From assembly GCF_963921235.1 (NCBI RefSeq), contig NC_086101.1, positions 6,512,001-6,576,000 of the forward strand: a DNA stretch of 64,000 bases, in the 5' to 3' direction. Made by a program: the position numbers and the translations under genes. The stretch's first letter is position 1. The number at the start of each line of letters is the position of its first letter. This document shows positions 50,201-61,429 of this stretch, in pieces. This stretch comes from Mobula hypostoma (Eukaryota). The notes below the pieces were generated by a model, which had not been told where the DNA came from, did not search any database, and saw nothing but the letters and a program-made list of their open reading frames with translations.

Positions 50201-50420
50201 TTAGAGTTTACAGAATCTGGTGTGAGAAATGAAAAATATCCAGTGAGCAGCAGTTCTGTCGGTGAAAACTCCTTGTCACTGAGAGAGGTCAGAGGAGAAT
50301 GGCATGACTGGTTCAAATTGACAGGAAGGCCACAGTAACTCAAATAACCATGCACAACAGTGGTGTGCAGAAGAGCATCTCTGAATGCCCAATACCCCAC
50401 ACCTTAAAGTGGATGGTCGA
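47278..50420 (+). mobile_element. Tc1-like DNA transposon relic split by two CR1 insertions (47298-48890 +, 49093-50170 -)
   Basis: TIR cactcagtggccacttta, then internal pieces 48900-49092 and 50172-50420 that match the minus-strand copy at 61430-62174. Confidence 0.65.
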
Positions 50421-50470
50421 CACATAATACAAAGGCCACAAAGTGTATATTGCTCTCTGAGTACAAAATA

Positions 50471-51165
50471 ATAGACATAGACATAGAATAGTACAGCACA
50501 GTACAGGCCCTTCAGCCCACAATGTTGTGCCGACCCTCAAACCCTCCCTCCCATATAACCCCCCACCTTAAATTCTTCCATATACCTGTCTAGTAGTCTC
50601 TTAAACTTCACTAGTGTATCTGCCTCCACCACTGACTCAGGCAGTGCATTCCATGCACCAACCATTCTCTGAGTAAAAAAACCTTCCCCCTTGAACTTCC
50701 CACCCCTCACCCTAAAGCCATGTCCTCCTGTATTGAGCAGTGGTGCCCTGGGGAAGAGGCACTGGCTGTCCACTCTACCTATTCCTCTTATTATCTTGTA
50801 CACCTCTATCATGTCTCCTCTCATCCTCCTTCTCTCCAAAGAGTTAAGCCCTCGCTCCCTTAATCTCCGATGATAATGAATACTCTCTAAACCAGGCAAC
50901 ATCCCGGTAAATCTCCTCTGCACCCTTTCCAGTGCTTCCACGTCCTTCCTATAGTGAGGCGACCAGAACTGGACACAGTACTCCAAGTGTGGCCTAATCA
51001 GAGTTTTATAGAGCTGCATCATTACATTGCGACTGTTAAACCCTATTCGTCGACTTATGAAAGCTAACACCCCATAAGCTTTCTTAACTACCCTATCCAC
51101 CTGTGAGGCAACTTTCAGGGATCTGTGGACATGTATCCCCAGATCCCCCTGCTCCTCCACACTAC
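50471..51165 (-). mobile_element. CR1 3' fragment, same family as 56046-58813, inverted
   Basis: 207-aa ORF EEQGDLGIHVHRSLKVASQVDRVVKKAYG..; matching 3'UTR. Confidence 0.85.
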
Positions 51166-51236
51166 TTAATCTTAAAGTTTGCCATTTGCTGCAGATTCTC
51201 TGCCACTAAACAAACCTTTATGGTCTTCATTTACAG

Positions 51237-51263
51237 AACTGAAGTTGTTCTGCATTTTGGAAG
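51237..51263 (+). CDS. Butyrophilin-like gene, 27-nt cytoplasmic micro-exon
   Basis: gtcttcatttacag acceptor, gtaggt donor, phase 1/1; ELKLFCILE; lies in a unique island; 21/27-nt exons are typical of BTN tails. Confidence 0.75.
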
Positions 51264-51925
51264 GTAGGTTGTGTTTGAACTATTGGCGTCAGAACTTTAG
51301 GCTGCGAAGCTTTTGCACTGACCTTCAGTGTATCATTGGGCAGTAATTCTTATTTTGTGTGTATGACAGTAAGCTATGCTTGAAGGTGACCTTAATTTGG
51401 AGATGTGTAGCAGAATTTGCTAGTCAAGTTTAACCAGCTGATACTGCGGTGAACAGAGCAACATGGTAGGAAGTGGTTGAATAGACTGAAAGTATTTTTT
51501 GGGTTACAGAGATTAGAACAATGGACCCATGGTTTGAAGTTGAAGCTGAGTGTCAGCAACAGACACAAAATTCTGAAGGACGTCAGCAGGTCAGGCAGCA
51601 TCAGTGGAGGGGAACAAACAGTTAGCGTTTCCGGCTGAGACCCTTCATCAGGACTGTGAAGGAGGGGGGAAGAAACCAGAGTGGGAAAGTTGGGGAGGTG
51701 TGGGCGAGAGAGGAGTACAAGCTGGCAGGTGATACTTGAGACCAGATGAGTGGGTGGGTGGGGGAGAGATGGGTTGAACTACGAAGCTGGCAGGTGATAG
51801 GTGGAAGAGATAAAGGGCTGACAAAGAAAGAATCCAATAGGGGAGGAAAGTGGACCGTGGCATAAAGGGAAGGAGGAGAGGAACCAGAGGGAGGTGATGG
51901 GCAGGTGAGGAGAAGAGAAGTGGTG

Positions 51926-52155
51926 GAGGAGGGAATGTCGACTCAGACCATGAGAGGCCTACGTCGGGCATTTTCATGCCTTACAAGGTGCAGATTGGAA
52001 GTCTGTGTGGGGCGCCACTCCTCACACAGACACTAGAGCAATGTGTGGTTAAGTGCCTTGCTCAAGGACACAAACACGCTGCCACAGCTGAGGCTCGAAC
52101 TAACGACCTTCAGATCACTAGACGAATGCCTTAACCACCTGGCCACGTGCCCAAC
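51926..52155 (-). mobile_element. tRNA-derived SINE, same head as 40897-41197 but a different tail
   Basis: GGGCACGTGGCCAGGTGG..AGTTCGAGCC, gtgtccttgagcaaggcactt; TSD aagtggtg at 51918-51925 and 52156-52163. Confidence 0.75.
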
Positions 52156-52371
52156 AAGTGGTGAGAGGGCAGGCAGAATGGTAAAAGAGAGAAGGAGGTG
52201 GGTTGGTAGGGCGTACAAATTACTGGGAGATAGAGAAATCTACGAGTTTGAGAGGGATAATAAATCAAATGGCAGAGCAGATTTGTTGAGCTGAGTGGCC
52301 CAATTCTACTCCTACCACTTATGGTCTAAACTGACCATCTTCATATGATCAAATCCATCCATTTCCCGCAG

Positions 52372-52935
52372 CGTCGTGTGTCTATCCACGGCCTCCTCTA
52401 CTGTAAAGATGAAGCCACACTCAGGTTGGAGGAACAACACCTTATATTCCGTCTGGGTAGCCTCCAACCTGATGGCATGAACATCGACTTCTCTAACTTC
52501 CGCTAATGCCCCACCTCCCCCTCATACCCCATCCATTATTTATATACACACATTCTTTTTCTCTCTCTCCTTTTTCCTCCCTCTGTCCCTCTCACTATAC
52601 CCCTTGCCCATCCTCTGGGTTTTCCCCCCCCTCCCCCTTTTCCTTCTCCCTGGGCCTCCTGTCCCATGATCCTCTCATATCCCCTTTGCCAATCACCTGT
52701 CCAGCTCTTGGCTCTATCCATCCCCCTCCTGTCTTCTCCTATCATTTTGGATCTCCCCCTCCCCCTCCCACTTTCAAACCTCTTACTAACTCTTCTTTCA
52801 GTTAGTCCTGACGAAGGGTCTTGGCCTGAAATGTCGACTGCACCTCTTCCTAGAGATGCTGCCTGGCCTGCTGCGTTCACCAGCGACTTTGATGTGTGCT
52901 GCTTGAATTTCCAGTATCTGCAGAATTCCTCGTGT
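52372..52935 (+). mobile_element. Penelope-like element 3' end with hammerhead (52803-52840)
   Basis: SIHGLLYCKDEATLRLEEQHLIFRLGSLQPDGMNIDFSNFR*; TAGTC-CTGACGA-AGGGTCTTGGCCT-GAAAT-GTC-GACTG. Confidence 0.8.
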
Positions 52936-53854
52936 CGATGTTTATGCTGTCAGATTGGAAACCACTTGGATGGAATCTGAAGTGTTGCTCCTGCAGCCTG
53001 AGAATGGCCTCATCGTGGCAGTAGAAGAGGCCAGGAGGTGTTTAGCTTCTGCCTTGTGGAAGTTTACAAAGTTGTGAGAGGCATGGATGGGTTAGATGGT
53101 CAGAATCTTAATCTCAGGATATACACTTCATATACTGGAGGGTTTGCTTTACTGGGGGCGGGGGAAGTAAATTTTTAACAATGTGTAGGTGCATAGAATA
53201 AGCTGTCGGGAATGGTGGTGGAAGCAGAAATGATGGTATTTTTCAGCCTTTCAGACACACAGTGCTGCGGGAAATGGACGGATTTGATCATATGAAGGCG
53301 GTCAGTTTAGACCATAAGTGGCAGGAGTAGAATTGGGCCACTCAGCTCAACAAGTCTGCTCCGCCATTTGATTTATTATCTGTCTCAAACTCATTTTCCT
53401 CCCTTCTCCCCATACCCTTTGATGCCCTTACTATCAAGAACCAATCAACCTCATATACCCAATAACTTGGCCTCCACAGCTGACTGTGGCAGTGAATTGC
53501 ATTGATTCACCACCCTCTGGCTAAAGAAATTCCTCCTCATCTCTGTTATAAAGGGAGGTCCTTGCTCTCTGAGGCTGTGCCCTCTGGTTCTACACTCTCC
53601 CACTACAGGAAATATCCTATCCACATCCAGTCGATCTCTGCCTTTCAATATTGGGAAGGTTTCAATGAGATGGCTCCCTCCTCATTCTTCTAAACTCCAG
53701 CGAGTACAGGCCCAGAGTCGTCAAACACTCCCTATATGTTAACACAAAGGGCATCGCATTGAAACCGACCGAATGATAGAGTGGATGTAAAAAGGACGTT
53801 TTCGATAGTGGGGTAGTCGAGGACCAGAGCGCACAGTCTCAGAATGGAGAACTG

Positions 53855-54285
53855 CTAAGTTGCATGACCAACTTATTCCTAGTCCCTATGAAGATCGAGA
53901 GGGGCACAAATTCGACTGGGCATCGGTGAAAATCATGGCGCAAGTGAACACGCAGCATGCACTAGAATTCCTGGAAGCGATTTTCCATGAACAGTTCTGT
54001 AAACAAACATCCTTTTTATGAGCCCGTGGAGACAAAATTCCTGACCACAACGCACGGAGTTTGTCACACAGCCAATCAACCACGAGATTTCCTCCCCACA
54101 TCACAACTGAATTTCTGAAATGATGTCTAATCAGCTGATTGATATACAGGCCAAGCATTCAGAGGACATACTACTGCTGGCAGGGCACTGACAATGTCTC
54201 CTCGCATGGTGATGAAATGTTTGCAAATAAATTGCCAAGATTGGAGAACTCAAACCAACCATCAACCACCCAAGCGACACATTTT
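53855..54285 (+). mobile_element. Second, older Penelope-like family fragment with a decayed hammerhead
   Basis: HKFDWASVKIMAQVNTQHALEFLEA (GIY-YIG C-terminal pattern); cactgacaatgtctcctcgcatggtgatgaaatgtt at 54186-54221. Confidence 0.55.
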
Positions 54286-55420
54286 CTGGATTTTTTCCAG
54301 AGGGATGTCTATTTATAACAGAGATGATGAGGAATTTCTTCAGCAAGAGGGTGGTAAATCTGAGGAATTCATTGTCACAGACGACTGTGGAGGCCAAGTG
54401 AATGGGTATATTTAAAGTGGAGATGATTAATCAGGGTGTCAAAGGTTATGGGGAGAAGGCAGGAGAAGCCATGATGACAGACTCAATGAACCAAATGGCC
54501 GAATTCTGCTCCAGTGTGGTATGGTCTTATGGATCAGTCGAGATCAGTCTCTCCAACGCCAGTATTTCCTTCTTAGATAAGGGGCCCAAAACTGTGCACA
54601 AAGCTGCAAATGTGGTCTGGCCAATGCCTCAGTTTAGATTATTTGACATCATGGTCAGCAGAGACCTTGTGGGCCAAATGGCCTGTTTTCTATCTGGACT
54701 TGGTGGATACATGCGAATTAAACAGAGCAAAATGCATCACCAGCAGGGAAACTTCCCTCGTTATAGGTCACAGGGTGGAGACGAGTAAAGAAAGACTCAC
54801 TTTATTCTGAATTTATTGCTCGAAAAATGTAACCAGTTCTAATTTGATATGATTCAAAGTAAATTTATTGTCAAAGTACACGTTCTTTATGTCACCATGT
54901 ACGACCCTGAGATTTGTTTATTTGTGGGCATTCACAGTACATACAAAGAAACAGAACAGAATCAATGAAAGACTACACTTGACAAAGATGGACAAATAAC
55001 CAGTGTGTAAAAGATAACTGTACAAATACAAAAACAAAAACTGGCTAAATAATAATTAAACATGCAATAATTATGGATAATATGAGTTGTAGAGGCCTTG
55101 AAAGGGAGTCCATGGGTTGTGGAATCAGTTTGGTGCTGGGGGTGAGGGAAGTTATCCACACTGGTTCAAGAGCCTGCTGGTTGAGGGTTAATGACTGTTC
55201 TTGAACCTCTTGGTGTGGGTCCTGAGGCTCCTGTACACTCTTCCCGATGGCAGCAACGGGAAGAGAGCGTGCCCTGGATGGTGGTGGAGCTTGACGATGG
55301 GTATTGCTTTCCAGCGACAGTGCTTCACGTAGCTGTGTTCAGTGGTGGGGGGGGGGGGTGGGGTATGAAATGTGAAATAACAAGACGAAAACTTTAAAAA
55401 CTTTTTTATTTTCTTAACAG

Positions 55421-55447
55421 GTTATAATGACCATGAAATAAATGATG
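55421..55447 (+). CDS. Butyrophilin-like gene, second 27-nt cytoplasmic micro-exon
   Basis: Strong cttttttattttcttaacag acceptor and consensus gtaagt donor, phase 1/1; GYNDHEIND. Confidence 0.78.
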
Positions 55448-55980
55448 GTAAGTACTGAATTTGACCATTTATATACAAAATAACAAAGTTCAAAGGCATT
55501 TATTATTGATGTGTACTATATACAACCTTGAGATTCACTTCCTTAGTCAGCCACAAAACAAAGAAACGCAAGAGAACACACAGTGTGCAGAAAAAAGTCA
55601 TGAAAACAACAGAAGTAAGCAAATAACATTCTGGAAAGCGAGTCCACAGCCAGGAAGCCAGTCATCACCGCAGCCGATTCAAGAGCGGGTTAGTTCCAGG
55701 CCACAACCTGAGTTCAGCGCAGAGATGAGTAAACTGAGCGGAGCAGTGAGCTGAAACCGCCCATCCCTCCTCTCCAGCCCTGACACCCCGAACCTTTTCA
55801 ATCTGACCCAGTACCAAAACCTAACTCTTCCCATCCATCCCACCATCTCTTTGACCTCCTGCAGTCTAAGAACAAGGACCGTTAGGCTGGGTAACTACAT
55901 TTTCCGCCAGGCTGTGAGATGTCTGAACATTGTGATACCACCTGGTACATATTGTTTAGGACAGCACCAGTAGTATTATA

Positions 55981-58900
55981 CAGTCGGCCCTCCTTATCCG
56001 TGGGTTCCGCATGCGCAGATTCAACCAACCGCGGACCAGGAAAACTTGGTTGGCACCAGGGCAGGAATGGATTCTCAATATTCCTGGATTTCAGTGCTTT
56101 AAAAGGGATAGAGAGGGTGGAAAAAGGGGAGGAGGGGTGGCATTACTGGTCAGGGATACTATTACAGCTACAGAAAGGGTGGGTAATGTAGCAGGATCCT
56201 CTTTTGAGTCAATATGGGTGGAAGTCAGGAATAGGAAGGGAGCAGTTACTCTATTGGGGGTATTCTATAGGCCCCCTGGTAGCAGCAGAGATACAGAGGA
56301 GCAGATTGGGAGGTAGGTTTTGGAAAGGTGCAAAAATAACAGGGTTGTTATCATGGGTGACTTTAACTTCCCTAATATTGATTGACACCTGATCAGTTCC
56401 AAGGGTTTAGATGGGGCAGAGTTTGTTGTGTGTCCAGGATGGAAGGATGGATTCCTGTCACAGTATGTGGACAGGCCGACCAGGGGAATGCCATACTAGA
56501 TCTAGTACTAGGTAATGAACCAGGTCAGGTCACAGATCTCTCAGTGGGTGAGCATCTGGGGGACAATGACCACTGCTCCCTTGCCTTTAGTATTATCATG
56601 GAAAAGGATAGAATCAGAGAGGACAGGAAAATTTTTAATTGGGGAAAGGCAAATTATGAGGCTATAAGGCTAGAACTTGTGGGTGTGAATTGGGATGATG
56701 TTTTTGCAGGGAAATGTACTCTGGACATGTGGTCGATGTTTAGAGATCTCTTGCAGGATGTAAGGGATAAATTTGTCCTGGTGAGGAAGATAAAGAATGG
56801 TAGGGTGAAGGAACCATGGGTGACAAGTGAGGTGGAAAATCTAGTCAGGTGGAAGAAGGCAGCATACATGAGGCTTAGGAAGCAAGGATCAGATGGGTCT
56901 ATTGAGGAATATAGGGAAGCAAGAAAGGAGCTTAAGAAGGGGCTGAGAAGAGCAAGAACGGGGCATGAGAAGGCCTTGACGAGTAGGGTAAAGGAAAACC
57001 CCAAGGCATTCTTCAATTATGTGAAGAAAAAAAGGATGACAGGAGTGAAGGTAGGACCGATTAGAGATAAAGGTAGGAAGATGTGCCTGGAGGCTGTGGA
57101 AGTGAGCGAGGTCCTCAACGAATACTTCTCTTCGGCATTCACCAATGAGAGGGAACTTGATGATGGTGAGGACCATATGAGTGAGGTTGATGCTTTGGAG
57201 CATGTTGATATTAAGAGAGAGGAGGTGTTGGAGTTGTTAAAATACATTAAGACAGATAAGTCCCCGGGACCTGACGGTATCTTCCCCAGGCTGCTGCACG
57301 AGGCGAGAGAAGAGATTGCTGATCCTCTGGCTAGGATCTTCATGTCCTCGTTATCCACGGGAATGGTACCGGAGGATTGGAGGGAGGTGAATGTTGTCCC
57401 CTTGTTCAAAAAAGGTAGTAGGGATAGTCCGGGTAATTATGGACCAGTGAGCCTTACGTCTGGGGTTGGGAAAGCTGTTGGAATAGATTCTTAGAGATAG
57501 GATCTATAGACATTTAGAGAATCATGGTCTGATCAGGGACAGTCAGAATGGCTTTGTGAAGGGCAGATCGTGTCTAACAAGCCTGATAGAGTTCTTTGAG
57601 GAGGTGACCAGGCATATAGATGAGGGTAGTGCAGTGGATGTGATCTATATGGATTTTAGTAAGGCGTTTGACAAGGTTCCACACGGTAGGCTTATTCAGA
57701 AAGTTAGAAGGCATGGGATCCAGGGAAGTTTGGCCAGATAGATTCAGAATTGGCTTGCCTGCAGAAGGCAGAGGGTGGTGTTGGAGGGAGTACATTCAGA
57801 TTGTAGGATTGTGACTAGTGGTGTCCCACAAGGATCTGTTCTGGGACCTCTACTTTTCATGATTTTTATTAACGACCTGGATGTTGGGGTAGACGGGTGG
57901 GTTGGCAAGTTTGCAGACGACACAAAGGTTGGTGGTGTTGTAGATAGCGTAGAGGATTGTCAAAGATTGCAGAGAGACATCGATAGGATGCAGAAGTGGG
58001 CTGAGAAGTGGCAGATGGAGTTCAACCCGGAGAAGTGTGAGGTGGTACACTTTGGAAGGACAAACTTCAAGGCAGAGTACAAAATTAATGGCAGGATACT
58101 TGGTAGTGTGGAGGAGCAGAGGGATCTCGGGGTACATGTCTACAGGTCCCTGAAAGTTGCCTCACAGGTGGATAGGGTAGTTAAGAAAGCTTATGGGGTG
58201 TTAGCTTTCATAATTCAAGGCATAGAGTTTAAGAGTCGCGATGTAATGATGCATTTCTATAAAACTCTGGTTAGGCCATACTTGGAGTACTGTGTCCAGT
58301 TCGGGTCACCTCACTATAGGAAGGATGTGGAAGCATTGGAAAGGGTACAGAGGAGATTTACCAGGATGCTGCCTGGTTTAGAAAGTATGCATTATGATCA
58401 GAGATTAAGGGAGCTAGGGCTTTACTCTTTGGGGAGAAGGAGGATGAGAGGAGACATGATAGAGGTGTACAAGATAATAAGAGGAATAGATAGAGTGGAT
58501 AGCTAGCGCCTCTTCCCCAGGGCACCACTGCTCAATACAAGAGGACATGGCTTTAAGGTAAGGGGTGGGAAGTTCAAGGGGGATATTAGAGGAAGGTTTT
58601 TTACTCAGAGAGTGGTTGGTGCATGGAATGCACTGCCTGAGTCAGTGGTGGAGGCAGAAACACTGGTGAAGTTTAAGAGACTACTAGACAGGTATATGGA
58701 GGAATTTAAGGTCGGGGCTTATATGGGAGGCAGGGTTTGAGGGTCGGCACAACATTGTGGGCCGAAGGGCCTGTACTGTGCTGTACTATTCTATGTCCTA
58801 TGTTCTATGTTCTAAAACCTGGAAGTTCAACCGGGGGCATTCAAGCACCAAGTCAAGTCCTGGCCCTGGCGGCATTGTTTGCCTCACGTGTGCTATACAG

Positions 58901-59109
58901 ACTTTTTTTTCTTGTCATTATTCCCTAAACAATATTTACATAGCATTTACATCTAGAGATGATTTAAAGTATACAGGAGGATGTGCGGAGGTTATATGCA
59001 AATACTACACCATTTTATATACGGGACTTGAGCATCCGCATTTGTTGGTATCCGCGGGGGGCGGGGGTGTCCCAGAAACCAACCCACTGCAGATAAGGAG
59101 GGCCGACTG
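55981..59109 (+). mobile_element. Tigger/pogo-type MITE (Tigger3/MER2-like) with a nested CR1
   Basis: Perfect 18-bp TIRs CAGTCGGCCCTCCTTATC (55981-55998) and GATAAGGAGGGCCGACTG (59092-59109), flanked by TA. Confidence 0.85.
56046..58813 (+). mobile_element. CR1 LINE, near-complete ORF2 with a few stops and frameshifts
   Basis: EN (GGGVALLVRD, FYRPP), RT (YMDFSKAFDKVPH, KFADDTKV), ttctatgttct tail; aaaac at both junctions. Confidence 0.9.
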
Positions 59110-60341
59110 TACTGTTGTATACTTAACTATAAATTGTAAATGCACATTGTGTCAACTTGTACATCTACAGTCCTGATGAAGGGTCTTCGCCCAAAACGTC
59201 AATTGTTGACTCTTTTCTAATGATGCTGTCTGGCCTGCTGAGTTCCTCCAGCATGTTGTGTGTGTTTGTTGTATATCTGTAGAATCACTTTTCTGTTACC
59301 TGTTAATAACATTGTGTGAATATTATTTGATATCGGTGTGATATATGTACTGTGCCCAACACTGCTCACAATACTCCAAGTGCGATCTGACAACTGACTT
59401 GTACAGCCTCAGCATTACATCCTTGCTCTTGTATTCCAGCTCTCTCAAAATGAATGCTAACATTGCATTTGTCTTTCTTACCAACACCTCAACCTGCAAG
59501 TTAACCCTTAAGGAATCCTGCACAAAGACTCCCACGTACATTTGCGCCTCTGAGTTCTGAATTTTCTCCCCATTGAGGGGCATCCTTTTAGATCGGAGAG
59601 AGGAGGAATTTCTTTAGCCAGAGAGTGGTGAACCTGTGAAACTCTTTGCCACAGGCAGCTGTGGAGGCCACGTCTTTATGTATATTTAAGGCAGAGGTTG
59701 ATAGATTCTTGATTAGTCAGGGTATGAAAGGACACGGGGAGAAGGCAGGAGATTGAGGCTGAGAGGAAAATTGGATCAGCCTTGATAAAATGGTGGAGCA
59801 GACTCGATGGGCCAAATGGCTTAATTCTCACTCTATATTCTGTGATCTTATTATGATCACTGCCTCCTCAGGTCTCCTTTCCCTTAAGGTCCCTAAGCAA
59901 GATTGGTTCATTACACAACACCCAGTCCAGAATTGCCTTTCCCCTCGTGGGCTCAACCACAGGCTGCTCTGAAAAAGTCATCTTGTTGGCGTTCTACAAA
60001 TTCTCTGTCGTGGTATCCAGCACTTCTCAACAGCTTTCTGCCCCTGGCACACGTGAAGCTTGTCCGGATGCCCTGCTGCCCCCGCTCCCCAACCACAGGC
60101 ACACTCTCGTCCTGCACTGGTCACTTGTCATTGTTTTGTTGCTGCTGTTTCACTTATTGATATGACTGCTTGTGTTACTATAACAGTGCCAGTAACATCA
60201 TACTGCCTCGCAGAAACATGGAACTCGTACTTTCTGCCATCCTGTCAATCTCCGGGCCATGCCACTCAGGGACGTGTACTAATGTTAATTTCTGACTGCA
60301 GGTGCTGAATGGTAACCATATCTGAGGTGTGTGTGACTGTA

Positions 60342-60397
60342 CACTCAGTAGCCACTTTATCAGGACCTCCTGTGCCTAGTAATGTGATCACTGTGTG
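60342..60397. mobile_element. Minimal Tc1-derived MITE (two TIRs only)
   Basis: ta|cactcagtagccactttat ... gtaatgtgatcactgtgtg|ta. Confidence 0.5.
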
Positions 60398-60852
60398 TAT
60401 GCCAGAATCAGATTTAATATCACTGGCATAAGTCGTGAAATTTGTTAATGGCAGCAGTACAATGAAATACATATTGAGGGGGAAAAAGAACAGAGTTACA
60501 TTGAGTATATATTTATCTATCAAATAGTTAAGTTAAAATAAGTCCTGCAAAATAACAGAAGTATAACGTTAGTGAGGTAGTGTTCATGGGTTCATTGTCC
60601 ATCTAGAAATTGGATGGCGGAGGGGAAGAAGCTGTTCCTGAATCACTGAGTGTGTGCCTTCAGGCTTCTGTATGTCCTTCTTGAAGGTAACATTGTGAAG
60701 AGAGCATGTCCTGGGTGGTGGGGATCCTGAATGATGGATGCTGCCTTCCGAAGGCACCATTCCTTGAAGTTATCTTGGATACAGAGTTTGGTACCCATCG
60801 TGGTACTGACTAATTTCACAAGTTTCTGCAATTTATTTCAATCTTGTGTAGT

Positions 60853-61271
60853 CGTTGTCGTGGCTATCCCTGGAGGTCGAGGATGATGGTCTTCGTTCTG
60901 AAGAAGTGGCCCACAGAGCGAAGACGCCTGTGCGTGTATTTGTTTAACGTGTACTTGATGTTGCACTCCAAGAAGCACACGATACTTCACAAATCAACCA
61001 ACTGATTCCAATGGCATGGAAACCACGACGATTAGAGCTGATGGATTTGTTGCAGCCTTCATCCACCTTCACAGCCGTTGAGTTCAAAGTAACTTCGCTG
61101 CCTGTTCCACCGTTGAGGTCTTGGTTGGATTGTTCTTTGTCAGGGACCTCACCCTCGACCTTACTGCCATGGGTGACCTTACCAGGAGCATAGCTCCAGA
61201 CGGCATCGCCCTCGGGATCTCAGGACCACACAAGCTTCTCCACCGCGACAAGGTGACAATCTGCGGAGAAG
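60853..61271 (-). mobile_element. Non-autonomous RTE-derived short retroelement, copy 2 (419 bp)
   Basis: Perfect 11-bp TSD tcttgtgtagt at 60842-60852 and 61272-61282; (GAC)-type tail; RTE 5' motif. Confidence 0.85.
61128..61271 (-). ncRNA. Candidate HDV-like ribozyme (best-preserved copy)
   Basis: P1 CTTCTCC/GGAGAAG, P2 GATTGT/ACAATC, P3 ACC/GGT, L3 TTGTCGC, J1/4 CT, expanded P4 (TGCCGT/ATGGCA, GGAGC/GCTCC), J4/2 GA-C-AAA with the C at 61139. Confidence 0.6.
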
Positions 61272-61429
61272 TCTTGTGTAGTAGCCTGCCCCCGCCCCCC
61301 CATACCAGATGGTGATGCAACCAGTCAGAGTCCTCTCCATAGTACATTTGTAGAAGTTTTCTAGTGTTTTAGGTGACAAACCAAATCTCCTTAAAGTCCT
61401 AATGAAATATAGCCGTTGTCTTGCCTCTT

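Noticed and set aside
60302..60315. Possible terminal BTN exon (ctgcag|GT GCT GAA TGG TAA)
   Set aside because: A branch-like ctaat is present but the pyrimidine tract is weak, it adds only three residues, and it runs into a MITE.
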